Both the position numbers and the translations under genes were made by a program. A DNA stretch of 63,641 nt, the filler included, from Thraustochytrium aureum (taxonomy: Eukaryota): NCBI GenBank assembly GCA_012862495.1. It is 5 parts of 3 records of this genome, joined end to end, with 100 filler letters (N's around TTAATTAATTAA, not from the genome) between each part and the next. Parts side by side here need not be neighbours in the genome. Positions count along the whole stretch, not along the records: positions 9,187 to 34,600 come from BLSG01000126.1; 4 more parts are not named here. One strand, written 5' to 3'. Within the stretch, counting starts at the first letter, position 1; each line of letters begins with the position of its first letter. The notes under the pieces are model-generated. The model was not told the DNA's origin. It ran no database searches and saw nothing but the letters and a program-made list of their open reading frames with translations. Positions 10,270-22,143 of this stretch are shown piece by piece.

Positions 10270-12423
10270 TCACTTGGACACCTTGTCGGCCCAAACCGCC
10301 GCGGGCTTGTTGCCTCCGTAAATCCGGTTGTTGATCAAGAGGCCGGTGATGACAAGCGGAATACCGCACAAAGCAATAACGAGCAAGATACTGGAAACGA
10401 CCGTGAGCGGCGGCAGCGCCTCGTTGCAGAGCGACTCGTACGTGGACCAGTAGCCAACCGCCACGAAGGAGCAGTTGCCCGCGCTGCCCAGGTCCGAGAC
10501 CGCCGCAGTCATGGGGTCAATCTTGTTGCGCAAAACCCCGAGCCGCACGTCGAACGCAACCAGGGCGTCGTTGAACGAGGTGGCATTCTGGTTCACAGCG
10601 AGCAGGGAGGCATCGAGCCCATCGATGAATGCGTCGATGGCTGGACCGGCTGCAATGACATTAACAGCTCCACGACGCACTTGCGCGAGCTCCGTAGCAT
10701 TGGCGATAGGGTTTTCCGAGTCGCTAGCGCACGTGGAAGTGGGGGACACGAGGCAGTCGTAGTCGCAAGAGGGAGTTGCGGTACAGTCGGCTTCTGTGTA
10801 GACCTTGGGGTTTCCGTGCGCGCCAACAAAGTCGTTGAGCGCGCCCATGGCGTCAGGGACAGAGCTCGCCCTCAAACCAAAGCTCTCACGAGAGAGGTTC
10901 TCAACCTCGCCTGAGATCGAGTCCAGCAGGCTAAAGTCGAGGACCGAGGTGAGGTTTGGGCGGCTTTCGTCCAAGTCCGCGACAAGCTCGTCGAGGAACC
11001 CGAACGACGCGCTGACATTGAGCGCTTCCATGATGGGGACTGAAGGCACAGCAAAGCAGCCCTTGAGAATGTCGACCGGGTTTAGCTCGGCGCTCGGGTC
11101 AGATGCTTGGTCGCCAAAAAACCCACCGACAAACTTGTCAAAATCCGAGGGGACTTCAAAGACGACCTGGCATCCGTCGTTGAGGAGGACCGCAAAGGGG
11201 ATAAACGCGCCCGAGAGGAAGAAAAGAACCGTCATGAAAAAGTAGGTGCAGATCCAGCTCGCTTTGAGACTCCACTTGGCAATCTTGTCGTCCATTTTGC
11301 AGGGCGTAAGCAGAGTAAGAATGACCAGCAATCCCGCCGCAAAGGCGATGAACACAGTCGAAAAAAAGGCATACGACATGGACGTCAGCAAGCTCATGTA
11401 CTTGCTCGCAGAGTCCGCGATAAAGTCGAGCATCTCATCCAGAGCGTCGCGGATCTCGAGTTGGTCGTCCATTTGGCCCCGCGCGGCCCCGATCTGATCA
11501 GTCAACGTGCTTCGAGCGCTGACGAGGCTAGACTGAACCATCTCGCTCGCGTCGACCAAGGCCTGAACGGCCGGCTGCGCCGTGGCGCCAAGTTCGGCCG
11601 ATGCCGTTTGAGCGTTTGCGCTGACTTGATCGACGGTGCTCGAGGTAAACCCCCCGGGCACGCTGAATCCTTGGAGGAACGCGACGAGGTCGTCCATAGC
11701 AACCGTGAGGTCATGAAAGCTTGACTCGATCCCGCTCGTGGTTCCCAATGCCGTCTCCGCGTAGTCGATCACCTCGGTCGTGGCGGACTCAAGCGTGTCA
11801 ACCGGCAAGGTGATTTCCGCCACAAAGCTGGTAAAGTCGCCGTTGAGATTGTCGAGCCCGCAGAGCGTGCTCATGGTCCCGTCTACAAACGAGCCGATGT
11901 TTTGGATTGCCACCAGCGCGAGGGCCACCGCGGCCAAGGAAAACACAAAGTAGAAGACGATCGGCATGAGCTTTTGCAGCGCGTTGTACTCGCTTGGGTC
12001 GCGCTTCTTGCAGCAGCACTTGCTACAGCAGAAAAAGCAGTACGGGCAGCTCAACACGCTCAGCAGGCCGAACACGATGCCGGGGGCCACCATGACGATA
12101 AAGCCTTTGGCGTAGGCCTCTAAGAAGGTGTTGCTGAATCGCTCGGCGCTCGGTTTGTCGAATTCGCTCAGGAGCGTGCCGTCGCGCTCGGCAAACATTG
12201 AGGCTAAGCCGAGCGACGTAGTGACTCCAGTCTCCGCCAGCGCCAGCGACTTTTCGAGGGCCGCGTCGACGTCTGAGTTGTTGGCCAGCGAAGTCACGCC
12301 GCCCAAGTACGACGTCGACTCGTACGTGGCGCACAGCTCTTCGATTCCGACTTGCAGCCCCTCGACGGTGCCAGCCATGTGGGCGACAGCACCCAGAGCG
12401 CATGCCGCGCCTGCGATCCTCAT
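10270..12423 (-). CDS. Prominin/Tweety-like five-pass membrane glycoprotein
   Basis: Signal peptide, TM1, Cys-rich loop (CPYCFFCCSKCCCKK), TM2, long helical loop, TM3-TM4, second long Cys-containing loop, TM5 and a short tail. Confidence 0.6.
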   Translation of the reverse strand: MRIAGAACALGAVAHMAGTVEGLQVGIEELCATYESTSYLGGVTSLANNSDVDAALEKSLALAETGVTTSLGLASMFAERDGTLLSEFDKPSAERFSNTFLEAYAKGFIVMVAPGIVFGLLSVLSCPYCFFCCSKCCCKKRDPSEYNALQKLMPIVFYFVFSLAAVALALVAIQNIGSFVDGTMSTLCGLDNLNGDFTSFVAEITLPVDTLESATTEVIDYAETALGTTSGIESSFHDLTVAMDDLVAFLQGFSVPGGFTSSTVDQVSANAQTASAELGATAQPAVQALVDASEMVQSSLVSARSTLTDQIGAARGQMDDQLEIRDALDEMLDFIADSASKYMSLLTSMSYAFFSTVFIAFAAGLLVILTLLTPCKMDDKIAKWSLKASWICTYFFMTVLFFLSGAFIPFAVLLNDGCQVVFEVPSDFDKFVGGFFGDQASDPSAELNPVDILKGCFAVPSVPIMEALNVSASFGFLDELVADLDESRPNLTSVLDFSLLDSISGEVENLSRESFGLRASSVPDAMGALNDFVGAHGNPKVYTEADCTATPSCDYDCLVSPTSTCASDSENPIANATELAQVRRGAVNVIAAGPAIDAFIDGLDASLLAVNQNATSFNDALVAFDVRLGVLRNKIDPMTAAVSDLGSAGNCSFVAVGYWSTYESLCNEALPPLTVVSSILLVIALCGIPLVITGLLINNRIYGGNKPAAVWADKVSK

Positions 12424-12632
12424 CCTCCTCACGTCGGCTTGTCGCTGACGCCCACGCTACTCTCACCTTTTGTCCAGTCTAGGCACGCACGCAGCGACGA
12501 CGGCGCTTGCTCCTTGAAGCTCGATGCTGAGTCCGGGCGAGGCTTCTCTTTGGTGTCTGCAAAAGGGCCGCTTGCGGCGACCTGCGCATTTTGCATCCGT
12601 TGGCACGTATAGTGCCTTCGCAAGCGAACCCA

Positions 12633-12659
12633 AGCAGCAGCAGCAGCAGCAGCAGCAGC
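12633..12659 (+). repeat. (CAG)n microsatellite
   Basis: Direct reading. Confidence 0.9.
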
Positions 12660-13696
12660 CACTATTCCAACGGCTACCATGCCAGAACGAGTGCAGCGCC
12701 CGCGGCGGCCGGCCAGGTGCGGCGGCCCGGCTATGAATTGCACAAAACGTGAACGTCCGCCAACGGATACATTTCTCTGCCGCCTGCAGCAACGAGAGAC
12801 AAGCGCCGCCACCTCACTTTCTACTTGGCCGCGAAGCCGCTGTTCAAGCTCGTTACATTCCACAAGTGATGCAAGGACTTTCGATCATTGGTCTGGGGCC
12901 TCTCCAGCGTGCGTGCAGCCTCATCAGGAGGCTGAGGCTCGGCAGCACGACCGTTTCATTCGACTTTCGGCGGTCGCTCCCGCGCCCAGCCTAAGTATGT
13001 GGTGCAGGAACAAAGCACACCACATGTACTATCGATAAGCGACCGGGACGCTCTTCCATCGCGCGCAGAGATCTCCCGTCACGGGCTGCCTAAGCAGGCT
13101 GCCTCTCTAGAGCTACGTCTCTTTGAAAACCCGTCAACACCATGGACGATGGATCACCGGGGGGCGTCTGGTCNNNNNNNNNNNNNNNNNNNNNNNNNNN
13201 NNNNNNNNNNNNNNNNNNNNNNNNNNNNNNNNNNNNNNNNNNNNNNNNNNNNNNNNNNNNNNNNNNNNNNNNNNNNNNNNNNNNNNNNNNNNNNNNNNNN
13301 NNNNNNNNNNNNNNNNNNNNNNNNNNNNNNNNNNNNNNNNNNNNNNNNNNNNNNNNNNNNNNNNNNNNNNNNNNNNNNNNNNNNNNNNNNNNNNNNNNNN
13401 NNNNNNNNNNNNNNNNNNNNNNNNNNNNNNNNNNNNNNNNNNNNNNNNNNNNNNNNNNNNNNNNNNNNTTTCGCGAGCACCTTCGGCCGGGTTTGGGGCC
13501 TCCCCTGCGCGCGCCTTCCGTCGCGCGCAGAGACGTCCAGTCTCAGGCTGCCAAAGGAGTCCTTTTACACGAAGTTGACCCAATTATCATCAAGGAGGGT
13601 GAGACGGAAGATGCTGCCAGCCAGTCAACGGGGCCTCGAAAAGGCGTTCGGCTTAGTTTTTTGTCTTTCTCACTGCCTGGTAAAGGAGGACACAAC

Positions 13697-14389
13697 TCAG
13701 TCCCGCGGGTCCGGCGTAAGGCGAATGTAGCCCTTGCCAGAGGGCACCTCGACCTTGTTGAAGCCCTTGGGGAACTTGTCCTTGGCCTCCTCGTCCGAAA
13801 GGGTCGGTACAACCATGCACGGCTGGCCGGAGACCCAGTTGGCCGGGGTCGCAACCTTCTGGCTGGCCGTGAGCTGAAGCGAGTCAATGACGCGCAGGAT
13901 CTCGTCAAAGTTGCGCCCGGTCGTGGCCGGGTACAGGATCGAGAGAGCGAGCTTCTTGCTGGGGTTGATGATGAACACCGCGCGCGCAGTCATGGGCATG
14001 CCCTTCGAGTCGATCTCGTCGGGGTCGAGCATGCCGAGCGCAACCGCGAGCTTGCGGTCGGGGTCGGCGATGATAGGGTAGGGGATGTCGTCCCCAGTGA
14101 GGCCCTGCGAGGCGATGATGTCCTTGATCCAGCCCTTGTGCGACTCGACGTCGTTGCAGGAGACGGCCGCGATGACGCAGTTGCGCTTCTTGAACTCCTC
14201 GGCGTACTTTGCGAGCATGCCTAGCTCCGTGGTGCAGACAGGCGTGTAGTCGGCGGGGTGCGAGCACAGCACGCCCCACTTGCCCTCGATGTAGTCATGC
14301 CACTTGATCGGCCCCTGCGAGGTCTCCGCGTCAAAGTTGATAAACTCTGTGCCGAGGATCGGTGCTTTGCTCTCAGACGCGCCCATCAT
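13697..14389 (-). CDS. PRDX6: 1-Cys peroxiredoxin (Prx6 family)
   Basis: SHPADYTPVCTTELG, YPATTGRNFDEILRVIDSLQ, VATPANW and PSGKGYIRLTP. Confidence 0.95.
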   Translation of the reverse strand: MMGASESKAPILGTEFINFDAETSQGPIKWHDYIEGKWGVLCSHPADYTPVCTTELGMLAKYAEEFKKRNCVIAAVSCNDVESHKGWIKDIIASQGLTGDDIPYPIIADPDRKLAVALGMLDPDEIDSKGMPMTARAVFIINPSKKLALSILYPATTGRNFDEILRVIDSLQLTASQKVATPANWVSGQPCMVVPTLSDEEAKDKFPKGFNKVEVPSGKGYIRLTPDPRD

Positions 14390-17300
14390 GCTATTCCCTG
14401 CGCTCGCCTGCCTTGCTGCTGCTCTTCTGTTGTGTCTTGTGTTGGGTGTCTGTCTGCACGCACAGCCCACGATTAGGGCCTCATTTACATCCAAGGTAGA
14501 GAGGTATAATCGCGGCATTTTCTCTGTCAGCCCCTCTGTCCTCCCCCATTGCTAAACGCAAAATCGGGAATTCTAAATGAGGATGCTGATAAACTTGTCC
14601 TATCTAAGACCGTTCTCTGTATCCGCTTCGTCCGATGTGGGTCTGCGGGGCGTGCACGGGTTAGGTTCAAGTTCAATTGTGCCTTCAGTTAGGGTTCGTT
14701 TTTGAGAAGGGAGAACCGTCGAGGCTGAGCATCAACGCAGCCACACTCGGACGGCCATACGCTCTAGCTCTAGAGAGAGTCGCTCAAGCACGAAGCAGCA
14801 GAAGGGCGCTCGCTGTGCGCGAGTGCGAGGTGCGAGGTGGCAAGGATGACCCGTGAACGGCGCAGGAGGGCGGCGTTGGCGATGTGCATGTTCGCTCAGG
14901 TCTGTGCGCTGATGCTTTCCGATATCTACGACACGCCAGCCCACCTGTGCGGCGCATGCGANNNNNNNNNNNNNNNNNNNNNNNNNNNNNNNNNNNNNNN
15001 NNNNNNNNNNNNNNNNNNNNNNNNNNNNNNNNNNNNNNNNNNNNNNNNNNNNNNNNNNNNNNNNNNNNNNNNNNNNNNNNNNNNNNNNNNNNNNNNNNNN
15101 NNNNNNNNNNNNNNNNNNNNNNNNNNNNNNNNNNNNNNNNNNNNNNNNNNNNNNNNNNNNNNNNNNNNNNNNNNNNNNNNNNNNNNNNNNNNNNNNNNNN
15201 NNNNNNNNNNNNNNNNNNNNNNNNNNNNNNNNNNNNNNNNNNNNNNNNNNNNNNNNNNNNNNNNNNNNNNNNNNNNNNNNNNNNNNNNNNNNNNNNNNNN
15301 NNNNNNNNNNNNNNNNNNNNNNNNNNNNNNNNNNNNNNNNNNNNNNNNNNNNNNNNNNNNNNNNNNNNNNNNNNNNNNNNNNNNNNNNNNNNNNNNNNNN
15401 NNNNNNNNNNNNNNNNNNNNNNNNNNNNNNNNNNNNNNNNNNNNNNNNNNNNNNNNNNNNNNNNNNNNNNNNNNNNNNNNNNNNNNNNNNNNNNNNNNNN
15501 NNNNNNNNNNNNNNNNNNNNNNNNNNNNNNNNNNNNNNNNNNNNNNNNNNNNNNNNNNNNNNNNNNNNNNNNNNNNNNNNNNNNNNNNNNNNNNNNNNNN
15601 NNNNNNNNNNNNNNNNNNNNNNNNNNNNNNNNNNNNNNNNNNNNNNNNNNNNNNNNNNNNNNNNNNNNNNNNNNNNNNNNNNNNNNNNNNNNNNNNNNNN
15701 NNNNNNNNNNNNNNNNNNNNNNNNNNNNNNNNNNNNNNNNNNNNNNNNNNNNNNNNNNNNNNNNNNNNNNNNNNNNNNNNNNNNNNNNNNNNNNNNNNNN
15801 NNNNNNNNNNNNNNNNNNNNNNNNNNNNNNNNNNNNNNNATCATCATTTCGGACGGATCGTGGATCATTGTCGGCCTTCCAGGTTGGCGATGCCGAGGGA
15901 AGGAGGATCCGACCTGCCTTGGCCGAGGCACGAGCAGACCTCCCCGAGGCAAAACCGCGCAAGATCCACAGTACTCCCTGCCTCCACACAATCAAATCAA
16001 CCGCAGGCAACCGCAGCCTCCCTCGATCTCGACCGCCTTCCCTCCCTCCGAAAACAGTGAGTGGCAAGTGTCAACTTGAGGGTGTAGAGCTCCACCAGGT
16101 GGACGACAAGCGGGTCCATCGTGGCTCATTCCGGCAGGCTGGGGGCTGCGTGGCTGCGTCTACGGGGCGTCCGAATCATCCGAGGTGGCTTTGTAACGTC
16201 ACCAGTGCATGCAGCGTCCAAGCACCCACAACGTCTCGAGAGGGGAGGGCGACCGCAGCACGTCGCGCTGGCCGAGCGAGCCGAGCGTTCGTTGAGGGAG
16301 GAGATACGAGCAAGGAGGACCCGTGTCGAGAGAAGCGCGTGGTCGACGTTGCTTGCACGCGCCTGACCGCGCAACTTGCCGAGCGCCTGGAGCGGAGAAC
16401 CCATGTCGTCAGGTGCGTGCAGCTTCGAGTGCCGAGCGCCTGCCAGTGAAGCTGTGAACGCATGTTGCTCTTGCTTGCTTGCTCCCAGGTCAAGTCGGGC
16501 GGCTGCTGCCAGAGTGTTTGCCGGCCTCCACACCTCGATAAGCAGTTTACGACTCAGCGGAGTACTGAGTAGGGTACTCGCCAAATTGAGGAGCTGGGGA
16601 TCATCCGGTGGGGTACGGCAGAAGAAGCCCTCCCCCCGAAGGAGGTTGGGCTTGCTACTCCACGACCGTGCCCTACGCCGTTCAAACGCGATAGGCGGGC
16701 TGGGGCGGGTGCCCTAAACAAACAACGAAACGAAACGGACACTTTAAGTATCTCCGGATTAGTCCGGACTTGCCCGGACGTATAAAGTGCGAGACGAACG
16801 ACGAATTGAGCTTTTATCCGAAAGGAGACGGACTAATTTGAGCTCATCGTAGCCGGGTCAACTTAGCTAATCTTCACCTGGCCGTGGGGCGCTGGGCGAC
16901 TCGCCGAAGGACAACACGCGGGGGATGCAAGTCAGCGAAGCCTCTCCACATGGCGCGGCGAGGGCATCAGCGCCGCGTCGGCTGTTGAAATGGGGATTCA
17001 CGTTTCTATTGCCGGTTTGGCTGCCAACGCACATGACATACCAATTGGAATGCAGTATGTGGCCGTTCGGCCTCTCCAGCTGGAGAGCGGCAAGCCTCAC
17101 GGCCCCGCTGGTCGTCGCGTCACATCAAACGAGGCTTCGCCGGTCTGCACCAAGCGTTTTTTTTCTTCGAGTGAGGCAGAGCCAGACTCGAAGGTGCAAT
17201 TCCGAGCCGGCAAACTGATGCTCGCACAGCCCTGGGACCTCAGGCTTGCTCAGACCTTGTACACCGCCCCCAAAACGCAGCAGCTACGCCAACGCGAAAC

Positions 17301-17460
17301 TGACAGCCTCGCTGGAGCACGCCAATTCCCAGCGCGTTCTGACCGTTTCGACCGTTTCATTTCGCGGATGCACATTCTCAACGTGCTAAAGAGCTCCCGT
17401 CCTCGTTTCGGAGGTGCGGGATGGCCCGGTGAAACGTCGACTCGTTCTCGCTCTTCCTGG

Positions 17461-17553
17461 CAGAGCTATGTCGAGCAGAGCTTTGTCGAGCAGAGCTTTG
17501 TGGAGCAGAGCTTTGTCGAGCAGAGCTTTGTCGAGCAGAGCTTTGTCGAGCAG
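17461..17553 (+). repeat. 15-bp minisatellite (CAGAGCTTTGTCGAG) x6
   Basis: Six head-to-tail copies, two with single substitutions, no spacers. Confidence 0.95.
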
Positions 17554-18944
17554 TCTGCTTTCCGAAAGAGCGCTCAGGTCAAGCACACGGCGACGGAGCT
17601 CGGCACAAACGCGACGCTTTCACGGAAGCGACCTGCAGACCTGAACAGCCGAGCCTCGTTGCTAACGCAAGCACAATGCGCGTGGCGCCAAGGTCCTCCA
17701 GTGGCACGTCAACAAAGCTCGATCGCGCGGCGTACTGCAGGCTTTCGTCGTCAGCGCAACAACGACGGCGTTTGTTTGGATTTGCGGTGTTTGTCTGCGC
17801 CGTCGTGCTTTTTGAGCTCTGGTTGAACGCGTGCAATAGCGATGAGTTGAGCCACGCAAGCGATGGAAGATTGTCCTGGGTAACGAGATTACCGCGTTGT
17901 ATGTGGGCGAACGCAGGCCGCCTTCCGCTGGCTGTAGCGAAGGATCCGACGTCGGCCAGAAAGGTCGCTTCTCCAAGCGAGACAACCAAGGGGGCTGTGC
18001 CCTCCAAGGCCAGTGAAACAAAAGTCGAACTTGTCTCGAAGATGGCTTCAGACGAGACAGCNNNNNNNNNNNNNNNNNNNNNNNNNNNNNNNNNNNNNNN
18101 NNNNNNNNNNNNNNNNNNNNNNNNNNNNNNNNNNNNNNNNNNNNNNNNNNNNNNNNNNNNNNNNNNNNNNNNNNNNNNNNNNNNNNNNNNNNNNNNNNNN
18201 NNNNNNNNNNNNNNNNNNNNNNNNNNNNNNNNNNNNNNNNNNNNNNNNNNNNNNNNNNNNNNNNNNNNNNNNNNNNNNNNNNNNNNNNNNNNNNNNNNNN
18301 NNNNNNNNNNNNNNNNNNNNNNNNNNNNNNNNNNNNNNNNNNNNNNNNNNNNNNNNNNNNNNNNNNNNNNNNNNNNNNNNNNNNNNNNNNNNNNNNNNNN
18401 NNNNNNNNNNNNNNNNNNNNNNNNNNNNNNNNNNNNNNNNNNNNNNNNNNNNNNNNNNNNNNNNNNNNNNNNNNNNNNNNNNNNNNNNNNNNNNNNNNNN
18501 NNNNNNNNNNNNNNNNNNNNNNNNNNNNNNNNNNNNNNNNNNNNNNNNNNNNNNNNNNNNNNNNNNNNNNNNNNNNNNNNNNNNNNNNNNNNNNNNNNNN
18601 NNNNNNNNNNNNNNNNNNNNNNNNNNNNNNNNNNNNNNNNNNNNNNNNNNNNNNNNNNNNNNNNNNNNNNNNNNNNNNNNNNNNNNNNNNNNNNNNNNNN
18701 NNNNNNNNNNNNNNNNNNNNNNNNNNNNNNNNNNNNNNNNNNNNNNNNNNNNNNNNNNNNNNNNNNNNNNNNNNNNNNNNNNNNNNNNNNNNNNNNNNNN
18801 NNNNNNNNNNNNNNNNNNNNNNNNNNNNNNNNNNNNNNNNNNNNACGCCAGTCGCTACACTCGCAACGTCACGCTTCCGCGTTGACAAGCCACCTGACAT
18901 TCGTCCGGGTCTTGGCAATCCATTTATAAAAACAAAGGGGCAAT

Positions 18945-21900
18945 TCATTTCGGTTGTGGCGCGGCCAGTTCTTGTGCAGCGCTGATGCGGCCAAAGCTGC
19001 GATGGAGCAGGCGGTGCAGGTCAGCTGTCATCTGACCCTTGCTTGGCAATGGCTTGCCCCACGACGCGTCGATGGCGCTGTCGAGTTCCGCCTGTTGAGA
19101 GCCCGAGACGCCGATGATTGTCCCGATGAAACCCTGCGTTCGAAGCGTTTGCGCGATCTCTGTGCCTAGCATCGTCGACCCCGCAAAATGCTGGTCGAGG
19201 GTAATGACGTCAAAGTGGCGCTCGGAGGCCCTAGCAATCGCATCGCCCGGCGTCGCGGCCTCGAAGACCACCGCCCTCGGTGCGATAGATTTGACGATAC
19301 GTGCCAAGATGGAGCGGTTTACGGCCTCGTCGTCCACGACCAGGAACGCAAGGCAGTCTGGGAGCTTGACGCACCGTTGCAGTATTGCAGCAAGCTGCGT
19401 CCGTGGAGGAGTTGGCTTTCGAATAAACTCGTCGGCTCCAGCGGAAAGATGCGCCTCGCGCATGTCATTGGCGCTGCAGCCGATGATGGTCGAACCAACC
19501 CCGGCCAGCCGCATATTGCGGATAGTCTGCTCACCATTTAGCGACGGTGTTGGAGCTGGCATGTAATGATCTTGGAAAATGAGCGAAAAGCGCGCGGCGT
19601 TCGAGCGGACAAGATCAAGCGCCTCCTCGCCACTCGAGACCTCGGTGATAGTGATGGCCCCGAGAACGCTCTTCAACTGTCGCGACAACGTCAGCCGCAC
19701 GAGTGAGTCGTCGTCCACTATGAGGATCTCGCGCAAGGCAAGCTCCAGGAGTGCCTCGCGCTGGCACCGCCCTGGGTCGGCTTGCGCGGGGGCGCCGATC
19801 GCCTCGCTCGTGGCTGACTCCACGTTCGAGTCCTCTTGGGGGCCTGCGCCTTCGCCATTGCTTGGACACTGATAGTGTTTGCAGGGCAGCGAGACGACAA
19901 AACACGATCCAGGGTGACCTACAATCCCCGAGTTGTACGTGGGGTCCAGCGAGACTGTCCCACACATGGCCTCCGCAAGGACTCGGCAAAGCGCAAGCCC
20001 GATCCCAGTCCCTTGACGAAGGTTGTTGTCGAGAGACTGGTACTTGGAAAAGAGTTCGCCGCGTAGCTGCTCAGGAACACCAGGTCCGCTGTCCTGCACG
20101 TAAATCAAAATGCCCTCGGCAGTGGCCCTTGCCCGGAGGCATACAAAGCCTGTCGTGACAAACTTGAGGCTGTTCCGCGCCAGGTTCATGACGATCTGCT
20201 TGAGTCGCAGGGCATCTGCTTGAACGACTATGTAGCCTGGGCAGTCGGTCGTCACACTGACCATACTGTTGCTAAAGCGGCAGAGCATCGCCTCAATTGG
20301 CGAAAAAACGTCCTTGCCAATGTCGACGCGTGCCATGTGCAAATCAATCACATTGCGTGAAAACTTGTTCAGGTCGAGCATGTTGTTGACGAGCTCCGAG
20401 ATGAACCTCAGGCTGGTCTGCACAACCGCCATGTCCTCGAGCGCGCTTTGGGCACATGCTTTAACGTTTTGTCTTGGTGGGTCGCCTGCTATTGGATCCG
20501 GCTGCGCATGGCGTGGCCCAGCGGCACAGCGCAGCTGATCTGATACAGCCGTTATCGCACTAGTCGCCATATCGCTAGAGGTGAGTGCAACGGAGAGCGG
20601 ATTGCGGATCTCGTGGGACAGGAACTCGTTCAAGAACCTTTCCGCATCAGATACTGCCGCAGCCTTTTCTCTCATCTTGGTGATGTTGTGGCGGTTCATT
20701 GTGTTTGTGAAGGCAGCTTCTCGCGATGCCCGCGTCAAAAACCCCATCGCCAGAAACAGGAAGACTACCAGCGGAAGCATCGAAACGAGGAAGGTGCCAG
20801 GGCGAAGGACTGCGTGCTCGTCAATCCGAATCAAGACCAAGGTCCACTCTGTGCCGGCTTTTTCAAAGCTGATTTGAAGCATGTGAGGTTCTCTTCCAAG
20901 CTTGGCGGCAACGAGCCCAAAGTCGATCGGCGGCAAAAGCTCGGTTTTGTCACAGCGCGTTGTGCTGGGGGATGTTGAACCGTGTCCAACGCAGGCCATT
21001 CCGCAGGCAAATTGGCGCACTGCGTCCGGCGAGCCCGCTGCCCTTGCAAATACATACAGCTTGATGTTTTGCGGAAACTCGACGATGGAGTGCTCGATGA
21101 GGAGCGGGGCCCTCACGATGCTCTGCGCAAAGCCTTGTCGCAAGACTGGGGCCATGAAAAACACCGTGTACGCGTACGGTTGCGCTTCGAGTCGGATCCT
21201 GCGCGGCCCGAACACCGAGACTAGTCCAGTCCGGTAGATGGACTCGATGATGTCCGCTCGTTGCTCGCTCAGGTCGATGCCGAGGGCTTCAACAAAGTTG
21301 GTCTCTGACTCTGTGATAGGCTCGATATGAGTGATAGGATAATACGTGGCCTGCTCGGAGCGCGGCGTAAAGGTTACTGGCGCTTTGAAAGTCGCATTGA
21401 GCTTGTCGCTGCCGGTGCGACCAAGCGCCGCGCTGTAGAACTCGCTGGTCTCGCGCTCAACCTCTGCCCGGTCCCTGTGGGAAACAAGGGGAACAAAAGC
21501 CATTCCGCTAACGTTGGAGGAGGACAAGAATGGCGCTGTGATTGATCGAAAGGCCGACCGCGACAGCGTGGAGTTCTCTTGCAGCCGCGTCACGAACGTA
21601 GCGGCCAGGAGCTCGCACCCCGCCGCGAAAACGGTGATTGTTCGCTCCATCCCAACGCGGAAGACCAGTGCGGCCGTCTCCAAGTCGACCAAGTGCCTCT
21701 CCTCTTCACCTTTGTATGTGACCGAAACGATCGCTGCCGCGCACGCGCACCCAACAACGACGAGCAATGTGGCAAACGACAAGTTGGCACACGACGCCCA
21801 GCGAAGGGTCACGACCTCGCTCGAGTCCGCCTGGGCGGAACTGCATCCTTTCAGATCGTCTAGACTGGTGCTACTCGGCCCCACCGCCGCGATGGAGAGC

Positions 21901-22143
21901 GTCAGTGGCTCATCTGAACCGCCGCGCTGCCTCTCGCCCTTTTGCGCTTGCTTCCTTTGGCAGCTGGCCACATCCGACAGCAGTCCGAGACGTGCGCCAT
22001 CTGTTGTATATTGTACACTGCGCCCGCTGCCTTGCCGAGGTATTGCCAAGCTTGTCGCAGAGTCTAACGAGCACGGCAGCGTCTTGTCGCCGGCTGCGCG
22101 CAAGTTCGTGGTCTGACCGGCTGGCTGGCTGGAGCCTGGTGAC
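18945..22143 (-). CDS. Membrane hybrid histidine kinase: TM-CHASE-TM-HisKA-HATPase-REC-REC (5' end in gap)
   Basis: CHASE-like AFVPLVSHRDRAEVE…YYPITHIEP…ALGIDL between two TMs; H-box FLSHEIRNPLS; N-box LKQIVMNLARNSLKF; G-boxes DSGPGVP and GTGIGLALC; receivers ILIVDDD…FQDHYMP…RKP and LVVDDE…TLDQHF…GKP. Confidence 0.9.
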
